A DNA stretch of 64,000 nt, from the NCBI GenBank assembly GCA_964498285.1, contig CAZCGN010000001.1, positions 444,681 to 508,680 on the forward strand. Reading direction: 5' to 3'. Each line of letters opens with the position of its first letter. Within the stretch, counting starts at the first letter, position 1. This document shows, piece by piece, positions 1 through 8,292 of this stretch. Source of the stretch: an uncultured Methanosarcinales archaeon. GTDB lineage: Archaea > Nanobdellota > Nanobdellia > Woesearchaeales > GW2011-AR9. Below the pieces are notes generated by a model. The model was given only the letters and a program-made list of their open reading frames with translations. It did not search any database and was not told where the DNA came from. Position numbers and translations under genes: made by a program.

Positions 1-1
1 C

Positions 2-2011
2 TTCAAAACTGTGCTTGAAACTTTTAAGGAAGTGAGTGGAGTGAGGAATCCTTTTGCATTTAGTGAAATCGGACGAGTAATCCCTGCTGTTGGAGACCCA
101 CTTACATTGTTACTCTCAACTGTTGCTGGCCCGTCCGTTGTTATAAACAGTAGTGCCGGTTATAATAAAAACCTGAATAATGACCAAAGAATTGTTATTG
201 AGGGCGGTAAAGCAATTACTGTTGAGGGTAAAGTCCATGCAACAGTACAACATTATTTACTTCCAAGTGTAGAGACACCGTATCTTGAAATGGTAACTGC
301 TGCCCTAGGATATTGGGAAGGTGTCCCTCTTCTTTGGGGGGTTCAAAAGTTTGGTGAAACAGAACTTCTTGACATTCAACTAACGCCCGAATTTATCTTA
401 GGAAATGATTTGAAGTACCTTGGTGCAACAACAGAGCGAAGAGGAGATATCTTATTAATTAATGGAAAAACCGCGGGAAAGATTCTTACACTTGATAAAA
501 TCCTTCAAGAAAGAGCTGAGCAAGAACTGTTTGATCCAAAATTTACTCAATTAACTTGGGACCAACTATTGCCAATGCCTCTTCCCGTTCATATCGAAGA
601 AAGTTTTGCGCTAACTGGTGAAGAATCTCTCCCTCCTGGCTTCTACGGTATGCCTGGGTTTCGATACAAGGTCATACTCCCGGACGTAGGATTAAAAGAC
701 AGGGCAGCAAGTATTGGAAATGCTGCGTTAAACTTAGTTGGACTTGGAGAAGAGAATCCTTATGCATTTCTTAAAAAAGAATCAAGAAAAGCGGTGATGC
801 GAGATGCGATCAATGAAGCATTAGTGGAAGCAGAAAGAGCAGATAGAGAAAGGGCAGAAGCTGCAGAAGCACAGATAGACGCTGCAAATGCAAGGGCAGA
901 AGCTGCAGAACAAAGAGAAAGAGCAGCGCGTTCTGAGCGATTACAACGGCTTTCAAGAACACGTGGCCGCCATAGAAAACATGACCTCGTTAACCTTACA
1001 AGAGGTGTTGCTGTCGGAGAAGTTACTGCTGCAACTGAACTAGCTGCCTTTAGACTCCATGATCTTTATACTAGGCGAGATGAAGACGAAGTGTTTGGAC
1101 GATATCTCGCTGGTTTAGAAGCTCGATTTAACACAATTGCTGGAACTGCTATGTTCGATTTAACCTCAGATGGACTTACCTCTGGAGATTTTGCAGATAG
1201 CGTACAAAGCGTATTTCTTTATGCAGGTAGAACCCTTAGTGAAGTGTTGGAAGTTAACTACGGCCTTCTCCATGAGCTAGTTGGGCGCGATGTAAAAGAT
1301 ATTGATGAAGATGGTCTTGATGAACTACGTGATGAAAACCAAGACATCATAAACGTATTTGGAAGCGTCGCGAGTTATCTTGAAAGCCAACAAGTTCTTG
1401 AGAAAGTTGATGCCCTAGTAAAGGGTATTGAAGAAGATCATGATGCTTTGGTTGAAACATTCTCTCTTGAAGAAGCCATTGGTTCTGCATTGGAAGAAGC
1501 TATAACATACAAGGCTCACTCTTCCCTTAAAGGTAGAGAACTCGAACTGGACGTACAACTTGAGGAATCGTATGGGCTAGTATCCGATAGAAGATCTACC
1601 CAAGGAGTTTTCAAGGATTTAGCATATAATTCAATAGATTTTGGTGCAACTCAGATTTCTATAAGGGTAGGGAATGTCGCATCTCTTGATGGAGCATTGC
1701 AAGAAAGGGTTTCGGAACTCTTTGAAGGTGAAGAATATAATCCTCACTTGTTTATTCATTTTGAAGATGATGGCCTGGGCCTGGGTGGAGGAGATCTTGG
1801 CGCTGCAAGACAAAAAGCGAACGAAATGAGCGATTACCTCAATGACCCGGCTCGGATAAAGGAAAGCCATTCAACTAGAGGAAGTGGAATGGGGCTCGAT
1901 GACCTAAAGATATTTATGGGACTCCATGATGCAAAAGCATGCTATGTAGCACATGAGGATAAACCTGGAACAAGCCTTTATGTTTTTATCTCCTCACAAG
2001 AAATGAAATAA
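2..2011 (+). CDS. Sensor histidine kinase-like protein (H-box + HATPase_c), probably 5'-truncated by the window edge
   Basis: The frame is open from position 2. An Ala/Glu/Arg coiled coil precedes an H-box-like HRKHDLVNL. The C-terminus has N-box FKDLAYNSIDF, G1 FEDDGLGL and G2 GSGMGL. Confidence 0.75.
   Translation, partial: FKTVLETFKEVSGVRNPFAFSEIGRVIPAVGDPLTLLLSTVAGPSVVINSSAGYNKNLNNDQRIVIEGGKAITVEGKVHATVQHYLLPSVETPYLEMVTAALGYWEGVPLLWGVQKFGETELLDIQLTPEFILGNDLKYLGATTERRGDILLINGKTAGKILTLDKILQERAEQELFDPKFTQLTWDQLLPMPLPVHIEESFALTGEESLPPGFYGMPGFRYKVILPDVGLKDRAASIGNAALNLVGLGEENPYAFLKKESRKAVMRDAINEALVEAERADRERAEAAEAQIDAANARAEAAEQRERAARSERLQRLSRTRGRHRKHDLVNLTRGVAVGEVTAATELAAFRLHDLYTRRDEDEVFGRYLAGLEARFNTIAGTAMFDLTSDGLTSGDFADSVQSVFLYAGRTLSEVLEVNYGLLHELVGRDVKDIDEDGLDELRDENQDIINVFGSVASYLESQQVLEKVDALVKGIEEDHDALVETFSLEEAIGSALEEAITYKAHSSLKGRELELDVQLEESYGLVSDRRSTQGVFKDLAYNSIDFGATQISIRVGNVASLDGALQERVSELFEGEEYNPHLFIHFEDDGLGLGGGDLGAARQKANEMSDYLNDPARIKESHSTRGSGMGLDDLKIFMGLHDAKACYVAHEDKPGTSLYVFISSQEMK
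850..910 (+). repeat. 19-bp direct repeat AAGGGCAGAAGCTGCAGAA (850-868, 892-910) in the kinase coiled coil
   Basis: Two exact copies are 42 nt (two heptads) apart and encode RAEAAE twice. Confidence 0.8.
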
Positions 2012-2506
2012 GTGAAATTGAACATGGGAGTGGAGAGCGGCGTATTGGGCGAAATTATTTTTTACTTAAGTGGAGAATATTCTTCTGCCCTTGATCAAAC
2101 ACAAGAAACCCTTCAAAGAATCGAAGGTAGTCAAGGAACAGGTGAAGTTTTACGTAACAGAAGACAGGATTATAGAATTGAGCTACGAGAAGGAATTATT
2201 GATTATGCCGCTTTGTTTTTGGGAGCTTTAAGGCACCATTGGCTAGATTCAAGACTTCGACTTGTCGCAGACCAGCTCTCGGCTACAACAAAATTTAATC
2301 CAATAAAAGATTTGCCTAAAGAAGACAGAGAAATTCAAGACGCTTTTGAGGCAAAGTTATTTGCAATTAATGGAGGGCTCGTTGCGGTTGCTTTAGACTA
2401 TGAAGAGCTAAAACTATCTACTATGAATGGTAATTCATCTGAAACCGGAGCGCTACTTGAGATATCGCCACTTGAACTAGTTTTAGTAGGATATAAAAAT
2501 AAATAA
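2012..2506 (+). CDS. Hypothetical helical protein directly downstream of the kinase (start may be ATG 2024)
   Basis: 164-aa ORF abutting the kinase stop codon. No family recognised; it contains LGALRHH. Confidence 0.55.
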   Translation: MKLNMGVESGVLGEIIFYLSGEYSSALDQTQETLQRIEGSQGTGEVLRNRRQDYRIELREGIIDYAALFLGALRHHWLDSRLRLVADQLSATTKFNPIKDLPKEDREIQDAFEAKLFAINGGLVAVALDYEELKLSTMNGNSSETGALLEISPLELVLVGYKNK

Positions 2507-2528
2507 AAATTATTAAAAAAAGAAAAAA

Positions 2529-3431
2529 CTACGCCGCACGATCATAAAATCGATCTTGTAGCTCTCTTCTTACAAAGTATCGATCTACTCGATTATTCCC
2601 TGCTCGTACATCTTCTGCTATTGCTGCAAGATTCTCTTCTGAAAGACCATTTGGTTCATGAAGTCTCTCTGTGATATCCACTATTGTCAAGAAACCTTGT
2701 CGTGCCTGTTCATGGGGAGCTATTCCTTCCATGTCTTTTGGAAGCCACAATAAGTAAGGCGCCCCTTGGCCATCTAAAAGATCTGCAAATACATCAGACT
2801 CAGCAGCAACATCTTTCATGTTAGCTGAAACATATATCAAAACAGCCGTTCGAGGATCGTTCTTCAACTCTCGTACTGCTGCTGTTCCCTGGGGATTCCC
2901 GGGCCCTAGATCCTGATCGATTATTGCACCGAACAATGCTTGAGCATATGCTGGATTTCTTGCAGCTTTCAATCCAGTTGCTACGTCTTTTTCTGTGTCC
3001 CACTCAAAGCTTGAAAGCCCAATTGCCTTAGAAGCGAGGCGAAATGTAGTTGCATACATTCTTCGTTGGCGCCTAGCATCTTCGATTGCAGTAACATGTA
3101 GCGCTGGTGCAATGCCCTGGCGATCTGGAAGGCGCTCAATGTCTCGAAGATTGTACCCTTTAAGCAAACCTGCATCTTCTAAATTTCTTAGTGAAACAAG
3201 TGTCGCTGCATCTGGAACATCTGCTGCCCCTTTTATTGCATCTTCATCTCGCTTGAATTGGTGGTTAGCTCGCCCATACCGGATTATTTCTGCCATTGTT
3301 GGAAGCACAACTGCTTTTCCAACTCCACCTCTACCTTCTCTTTGGCGAACTAATGCTGATGCTTCATCTGCAAAGTCTGCCTCCTGTAATGCTGCACTTG
3401 GTAATTCTGGATATTCATTGTCTCCTGCCAT
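2529..3431 (-). CDS. Divergent response-regulator receiver-domain protein
   Basis: REC pattern: beta1 LHVTAIED, phospho-acceptor GAIIDQDLGPG..QG, beta4 LIYVSAN, Lys in WLPKD. It has N- and C-terminal extensions. Confidence 0.65.
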   Translation of the reverse strand: MAGDNEYPELPSAALQEADFADEASALVRQREGRGGVGKAVVLPTMAEIIRYGRANHQFKRDEDAIKGAADVPDAATLVSLRNLEDAGLLKGYNLRDIERLPDRQGIAPALHVTAIEDARRQRRMYATTFRLASKAIGLSSFEWDTEKDVATGLKAARNPAYAQALFGAIIDQDLGPGNPQGTAAVRELKNDPRTAVLIYVSANMKDVAAESDVFADLLDGQGAPYLLWLPKDMEGIAPHEQARQGFLTIVDITERLHEPNGLSEENLAAIAEDVRAGNNRVDRYFVRRELQDRFYDRAA

Positions 3432-3506
3432 TGTTATTATTTCTCCGTTCTATTATTTTGACATCTAATCTCTATTTTTAATATTTGTGACATTAAGGTT
3501 GATATT

Positions 3507-4304
3507 TTAAATTCCATACGTTTGTCCTCTTGCGCGCATATACTCTCCTCCAAATGAAAGACCTTTGGCAATGTCTCTGTGAATTTCGCTAAAGGTTGTA
3601 TCCAAATCATTTGAGCTAAGCAATCGGAGACAAAGATCTTCACCTACATCATAACAAATTCGAACATCCATCCCTGCAGTAGGACTCTTTATTTGATAAA
3701 ACACAAACGGTGGACGAGCAATCTTCTCTAAATCCGTGCTTACATCTGCTGATTCCACAACTTGGGGGGCGTTTGCTGTAAGATAAATTATAGCAAGCGT
3801 TGTAGGGTCTGCTGCGATTTCTCTTGCAATATCCGTTCCTGCCTTTGCTCTATTTAATTCTTGATCAAGGACATACACATGCAATGACCTTTGCAAAATA
3901 GGAAGTTGTCTTTTTTGAAGTACCCCATGGGCGTGGCGGGAAATGTCTGCTCTCACTTGGGGGCCGCTACTCCCTTTCATTCTGCGGATTGCAGGAAGCC
4001 CAAGCCTCATTGCATCACGAAAACGTTTTTGATCATCTACCCAGCTTTGATACATAGCTGGAGTTAAAATCGGACTATCTGCTGCTAAGTCTGATCCATC
4101 TGGCCCTATTGCTACTAATTGCGCGAAAGTAAGATCCTCGATGGGCCCCCTTTCTTGAATCTCCACTGCCAAAGAAACCTGAGATTCACCTCTTCGATAA
4201 TGTCGCTGAAGAAACCCTACAACCTCTTCTATTCCTAACTGCGAAGGGGCACTTGGTTGAGGTCCATCATCTACAAATTCAAACGCAAATTCTTCATCAG
4301 ACAT
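3507..4304 (-). CDS. Divergent receiver-domain protein, paralog of 2529-3431
   Basis: QSWVDD, YVLDQEL..AG, DPTTLAIIYLTAN and YQIKSP align with the neighbouring ORF. ATG 4304 is preferred over GTG 4313 from TATA spacing. Confidence 0.65.
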   Translation of the reverse strand: MSDEEFAFEFVDDGPQPSAPSQLGIEEVVGFLQRHYRRGESQVSLAVEIQERGPIEDLTFAQLVAIGPDGSDLAADSPILTPAMYQSWVDDQKRFRDAMRLGLPAIRRMKGSSGPQVRADISRHAHGVLQKRQLPILQRSLHVYVLDQELNRAKAGTDIAREIAADPTTLAIIYLTANAPQVVESADVSTDLEKIARPPFVFYQIKSPTAGMDVRICYDVGEDLCLRLLSSNDLDTTFSEIHRDIAKGLSFGGEYMRARGQTYGI

Positions 4305-4360
4305 AGTAATCACTTGCCAGGAACTACACTATTTAAAGATTTCGACTAAAAGTGTCTCAT

Positions 4361-4882
4361 TTACGTCTTTTTAGGCACTAATTCTGTAAGTACATCTCCC
4401 TTCAAAACTCGAAACAAAGCCGCTAGATCTTGCGCCGAACGCACTTTTTCACCGAGCAAACACATTCCAACACCAAACTTCCGGCATAGTCTAATGTTTT
4501 GCATAATGCGACCTAACTTTTTTTCTGCTGGAAGTGTAAACCCAATAACTTTCTTTTTATCAGAAGCAATCTTGGCTAACACATGGTCCAAACCTGCACG
4601 CAAATAATGATAATGTTCTTTTGGATGAATAGATTCAATACCAAACACCATATCAACTGCAGTTTTCTCAAGCAAAAATCGTAACATATCTTCAGAAGAA
4701 GGTTTTGCAACAGTAAACAATCCAGAAGATTTCGCCTTTGCAATGGAGAAAAGCGCTTTTTTTTCCGATGTTAAATCAACAAGAACAAAATCTCTTTCTA
4801 AAAATAGTGTTGTGCTAAATCCTAACGTTCTGTTAAGCTCTTCAATCTTAGCTTCATACTTTGTAAGCAGTATTTGTTGCAT
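4361..4882 (-). CDS. rnp3: RNase P protein subunit Rpp30
   Basis: LLEKTAVDMVFGIE..H..RAGLDHVLAKIASDKKKVIGF..NIRLCRK pattern typical of archaeal Rpp30. Confidence 0.75.
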   Translation of the reverse strand: MQQILLTKYEAKIEELNRTLGFSTTLFLERDFVLVDLTSEKKALFSIAKAKSSGLFTVAKPSSEDMLRFLLEKTAVDMVFGIESIHPKEHYHYLRAGLDHVLAKIASDKKKVIGFTLPAEKKLGRIMQNIRLCRKFGVGMCLLGEKVRSAQDLAALFRVLKGDVLTELVPKKT

Positions 4883-5062
4883 AAGAACTCTAGAATAAAT
4901 CTCTCTTTTAAACTTTTATACAAGAAATAAGAATACTATCTTATTTCTGGACAAAAATATGATTGTTTTCATATTTTTTGTACAAAACTCTTAAAAATAT
5001 ACTGCCAAAACAATGAGTATAACCAAGCAACGAGCTTACTAGGAGCTTTGCGGGAGGAAAAA

Positions 5063-5266
5063 GTGAAGATACATATAGAGTTTGAGAAAGGTAATACCAA
5101 AAGTACAGTTGAAACACAAGCAACAACTGTACAAGAACTTCTGAGCCAACTACAGATCAACAAAGAAACAGTTCTTGTTGCGCGAAATAATGAAATTCTG
5201 ACTGAAGATATCGAACTTAAAAGCGAAGACTCCCTCCAGATCCTAAGTGTTATATCAGGAGGGTAA
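5063..5266 (+). CDS. Ubiquitin-like small archaeal modifier / sulfur carrier (SAMP, ThiS/MoaD family)
   Basis: About 67 aa beta-grasp pattern ending VISGG. The GTG start at 5063 follows a GGAGG SD. Confidence 0.9.
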   Translation: MKIHIEFEKGNTKSTVETQATTVQELLSQLQINKETVLVARNNEILTEDIELKSEDSLQILSVISGG

Positions 5267-5269
5267 GAA

Positions 5270-6196
5270 ATGCAATGCATACAATGTAACAACAAAGCAG
5301 TTATCAAATTGCAACATGGATCTTTATGTAAAGAGCATTTTATTTCCTATTTTGAGAAAAAAGTCTTCAAAACTATTAACAAATACAACTTAGTTGAACG
5401 ACGCGATGTCATCTGTTGCGCAGCGTCCGGTGGAAAAGATTCGTTAACTGTTCTCTACTTGCTCAAAAAATATTTTCAGAAAAACAATCTACCACTACAA
5501 AACCTTAAAGCACTTTGTATTGATGAAGGAATCAAAGGATACCGTTCCATAACACTCCAATACCTTACGCAATTCTGTCAAGAACACGAAATTCCACTAG
5601 AAGTGCAATCGTTCAAAGAGAATTTCAACACCACACTAGATAATGCTATTCCCATTATCAATAAGAAAACAGGCAAAAAGGCATGCAACATTTGCGGCGC
5701 GTGGCGAAGATATCTCCTCAATAAATATGCAAAAGAGATGGGAGCAACAAAAGTTGTTACGGGCCACAACTTAGATGATGAAGCGCAAGCAGTTCTTATG
5801 AACATCTTTAAAGCAAACAACGCGCAAGCAGCAAAACTCGGGCCAATTTCTGGTGTGAAATTGTTCAAAGGATTTGTACAACGCGTAAAGCCACTTTATT
5901 TCTGTACAGAAAAAGAAACAAGACTCTATACATTTCTCAAAAATATTAACGTTGATAATGCTGAATGTCCAAACATTGTCCAATCATACAGGGCAGACAT
6001 TCGAGATATGCTAAACAATTTTGAAGCGAAATATCCCGGATCAAAAACAAGCATCATTAATTCCTTCCTCTACACTCTGCCCCTCTTAAAAGAACATAGT
6101 ATACGAGAAGAAAGCGCGCCAAAGACATGTGAAGAGTGTTCTGAACCATCACACAAACCAATATGCAATGCATGCGAATTTAAAGCATTAATCTAA
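5270..6196 (+). CDS. ncsA: tRNA 2-thiolation protein (NcsA/TtuA/Ctu1 family)
   Basis: N-terminal CxxC..C..H zinc site, PP-loop SGGKDS, CNICGAWRR, GHNLDDE, ECP and a C-terminal CxxC..CxxC. Confidence 0.88.
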   Translation: MQCIQCNNKAVIKLQHGSLCKEHFISYFEKKVFKTINKYNLVERRDVICCAASGGKDSLTVLYLLKKYFQKNNLPLQNLKALCIDEGIKGYRSITLQYLTQFCQEHEIPLEVQSFKENFNTTLDNAIPIINKKTGKKACNICGAWRRYLLNKYAKEMGATKVVTGHNLDDEAQAVLMNIFKANNAQAAKLGPISGVKLFKGFVQRVKPLYFCTEKETRLYTFLKNINVDNAECPNIVQSYRADIRDMLNNFEAKYPGSKTSIINSFLYTLPLLKEHSIREESAPKTCEECSEPSHKPICNACEFKALI

Positions 6197-6197
6197 A

Positions 6198-7130
6198 ATG
6201 AAACGATACGTACGACACACAATACTCAAGCAAATAGAACAAGAAAAACTGACTAAAGCACACATAGTTATTGTTGGTATAGGAGCATTGGGAACAGTTG
6301 CAGCCGAACTCTTAGCAAGAGCAGGAATAGGGAAACTGACATTAATTGATAGAGATGTAATTGAACTTTCAAACTTGCAACGACAATCACTTTTTTGTGA
6401 AGAAGATGTAGGTAAGCCAAAGGCGATCGTAGCAAAAGAAAAACTGACAAAAATCAATTCAGAAATTAATATACATTCTAGAGTAACTCATCTCAACACA
6501 GAAAATGTAGAAGAACTTTTTTCAAACGTAACCCTTGTTCTTGACTGCACTGATAATATTAAAACTCGATTTGTAATGAACGATTACTGTTACAAACAGA
6601 ATCTTCCTTGGATTTACGCAGCAGCAGTAGAAATGAAAGGGTCTGTAGCATTTATTTCACCCGAAGGACCGTGTCTGAGATGTTTTCTCCCTCAAAATGC
6701 GCAGGGTGAGACGTGCATGCAACAAGGAGTTCTAAACACACTAACACATACAATCGCTTCAATGCAAGTGACATTAGCACTCAAATTTCTTGTAGGAGAA
6801 GAAGTAAACAACAACGAACTTACATATTATACTGCATGGGATAACTCCATACAAAAACTCAAAATTCACAAAAAGGAAGCGTGCGCGCATTCAGGATCAA
6901 TTCAGAATGATGCAACGCAGCAGTTCTGCTCAGGAAAATATCAGCTTACGGGGAGAAAAGTGAACCTCCAAGAACTTAAAGAAAAACTCGAACAAACGTG
7001 CAAGGTTGAGTGTGACAACTACACCCTTAAAGCGGGCCCAATTCTTGTATTCCAAGACGGAAGAGCTATCATTAAAGCAAGATCAAAAAAAGAAGCAGAA
7101 AGTATCTTCTCACGGCTCATAGGGAACTGA
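6198..7130 (+). CDS. ubaA: E1-like activating enzyme (ThiF/MoeB/UbaA family)
   Basis: GIGALG, DRDVIELSNLQRQ, DCTDN, CLRC and a catalytic Cys in GETC. It has an extra C-terminal domain (FQDGRAII). Confidence 0.88.
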   Translation: MKRYVRHTILKQIEQEKLTKAHIVIVGIGALGTVAAELLARAGIGKLTLIDRDVIELSNLQRQSLFCEEDVGKPKAIVAKEKLTKINSEINIHSRVTHLNTENVEELFSNVTLVLDCTDNIKTRFVMNDYCYKQNLPWIYAAAVEMKGSVAFISPEGPCLRCFLPQNAQGETCMQQGVLNTLTHTIASMQVTLALKFLVGEEVNNNELTYYTAWDNSIQKLKIHKKEACAHSGSIQNDATQQFCSGKYQLTGRKVNLQELKEKLEQTCKVECDNYTLKAGPILVFQDGRAIIKARSKKEAESIFSRLIGN

Positions 7131-7493
7131 AAGGCAATGTAGAGTATCACTTTGAGTATTCCAATCCATAGAATGAAATAACATTCGGCTAAAAAGAGGT
7201 GGACTAGCGCCATCATCATCGTCATCACCGTAGCATCCTAAATCACTTACTTGCCAACCAGCAACAAGTTCATAACTCTCATACGTTAACGCAATACTTG
7301 CAAGATCATCTTCTGATCTTCCAGGGTTGCCTTGATCAGAAAAGGCAACACTAAATACTGTATTTTGGCCAAGTGGAACACTAAAAGAAAGATCATATGG
7401 AACAACTGCCCTATATGCTTCAATTGCACCCAATGCTAAACTTCCTAAAAGAAGTGCACTAAGTCCAATTCTATGTGATCTTCGAAGCTCCAT
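7110..7493 (-). CDS. Hypothetical protein with N-terminal membrane anchor/signal peptide
   Basis: A hydrophobic stretch LSALLLGSLALGA follows a basic N-terminus and the body is acidic. It overlaps the ubaA 3' end by 21 nt. Confidence 0.5.
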   Translation of the reverse strand: MELRRSHRIGLSALLLGSLALGAIEAYRAVVPYDLSFSVPLGQNTVFSVAFSDQGNPGRSEDDLASIALTYESYELVAGWQVSDLGCYGDDDDDGASPPLFSRMLFHSMDWNTQSDTLHCLSVPYEP

Positions 7494-7578
7494 TCAATCC
7501 TGCGTAAGGAAAGTATTTCTCTTAAAGTTTATGACACACCCAAGTATATACTCTATATTTTTTATTCGAATGGGTCTA

Positions 7579-7622
7579 TTTATAAAGGGAACCTTTATAA
7601 AGTCCTCACATTATTTATAAAG
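7579..7622 (+). promoter_or_regulatory. Three tandem TATA-box-like elements (TTTATAAAG) upstream of tbp
   Basis: Exact TTTATAAAG at 7579-7587, 7594-7602 and 7614-7622. Confidence 0.6.
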
Positions 7623-7651
7623 CATTATAGACGTTTTCGGGGGTAATTATA

Positions 7652-8218
7652 TTGGCAAAAGCAAAGAAATTTACTGGGAAAAAAGAGGTTACGATAGTAA
7701 ATATAGTTGTGTCAACAGCATTGGAAAAGGATGTACCATTAGAAAAAATGGCAGCAACGCTTCCAAACACAGAATACAATCCAGAACAGTTTCCAGGGTT
7801 AGTTCTTAGAATTAAAGATCCAAAAACTTCAGCGCTTGTGTTTTCATCAGGAAAAGTAGTATGTACTGGTGCGAGAAACTTGGCTGATGTTGAAAGAAGT
7901 ATTCAGTGTATTATAAAGTGCCTAAAAAAGATCGATATAACTGTTACAATTAAGCCAGAAATTACTGTGCAGAACATTGTAGCATCCGGATCTATTGGAA
8001 TGCCTCTTAATCTGAACTTTTTAGGGCTCAAACTTCCTAATACAGAGTATGAACCTGAGCAGTTCCCTGGACTTGTACACAAGCTTAAAGGAACAAGAGC
8101 AACATTCTTACTCTTTAGTAACGGGAAAATTGTATGTACTGGTACTCGAACTGAAGAAGAAGTGCACGAAGCAACAGATAAACTCATTGAGAACCTTGAA
8201 AAGCTGCTTAATAAATAA
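7652..8218 (+). CDS. tbp: TATA-box binding protein
   Basis: Two repeats EY(N/E)PEQFPGLV..LVFSSGK/LLFSNGK.VCTG; TTG start. Confidence 0.97.
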   Translation: MAKAKKFTGKKEVTIVNIVVSTALEKDVPLEKMAATLPNTEYNPEQFPGLVLRIKDPKTSALVFSSGKVVCTGARNLADVERSIQCIIKCLKKIDITVTIKPEITVQNIVASGSIGMPLNLNFLGLKLPNTEYEPEQFPGLVHKLKGTRATFLLFSNGKIVCTGTRTEEEVHEATDKLIENLEKLLNK

Positions 8219-8292
8219 GCGATCATTTTTTCTTTTTTACTCTTTTCTCTAGCACATAAAGATTTTTATACACTACTTCCTGCTAAATTTAG

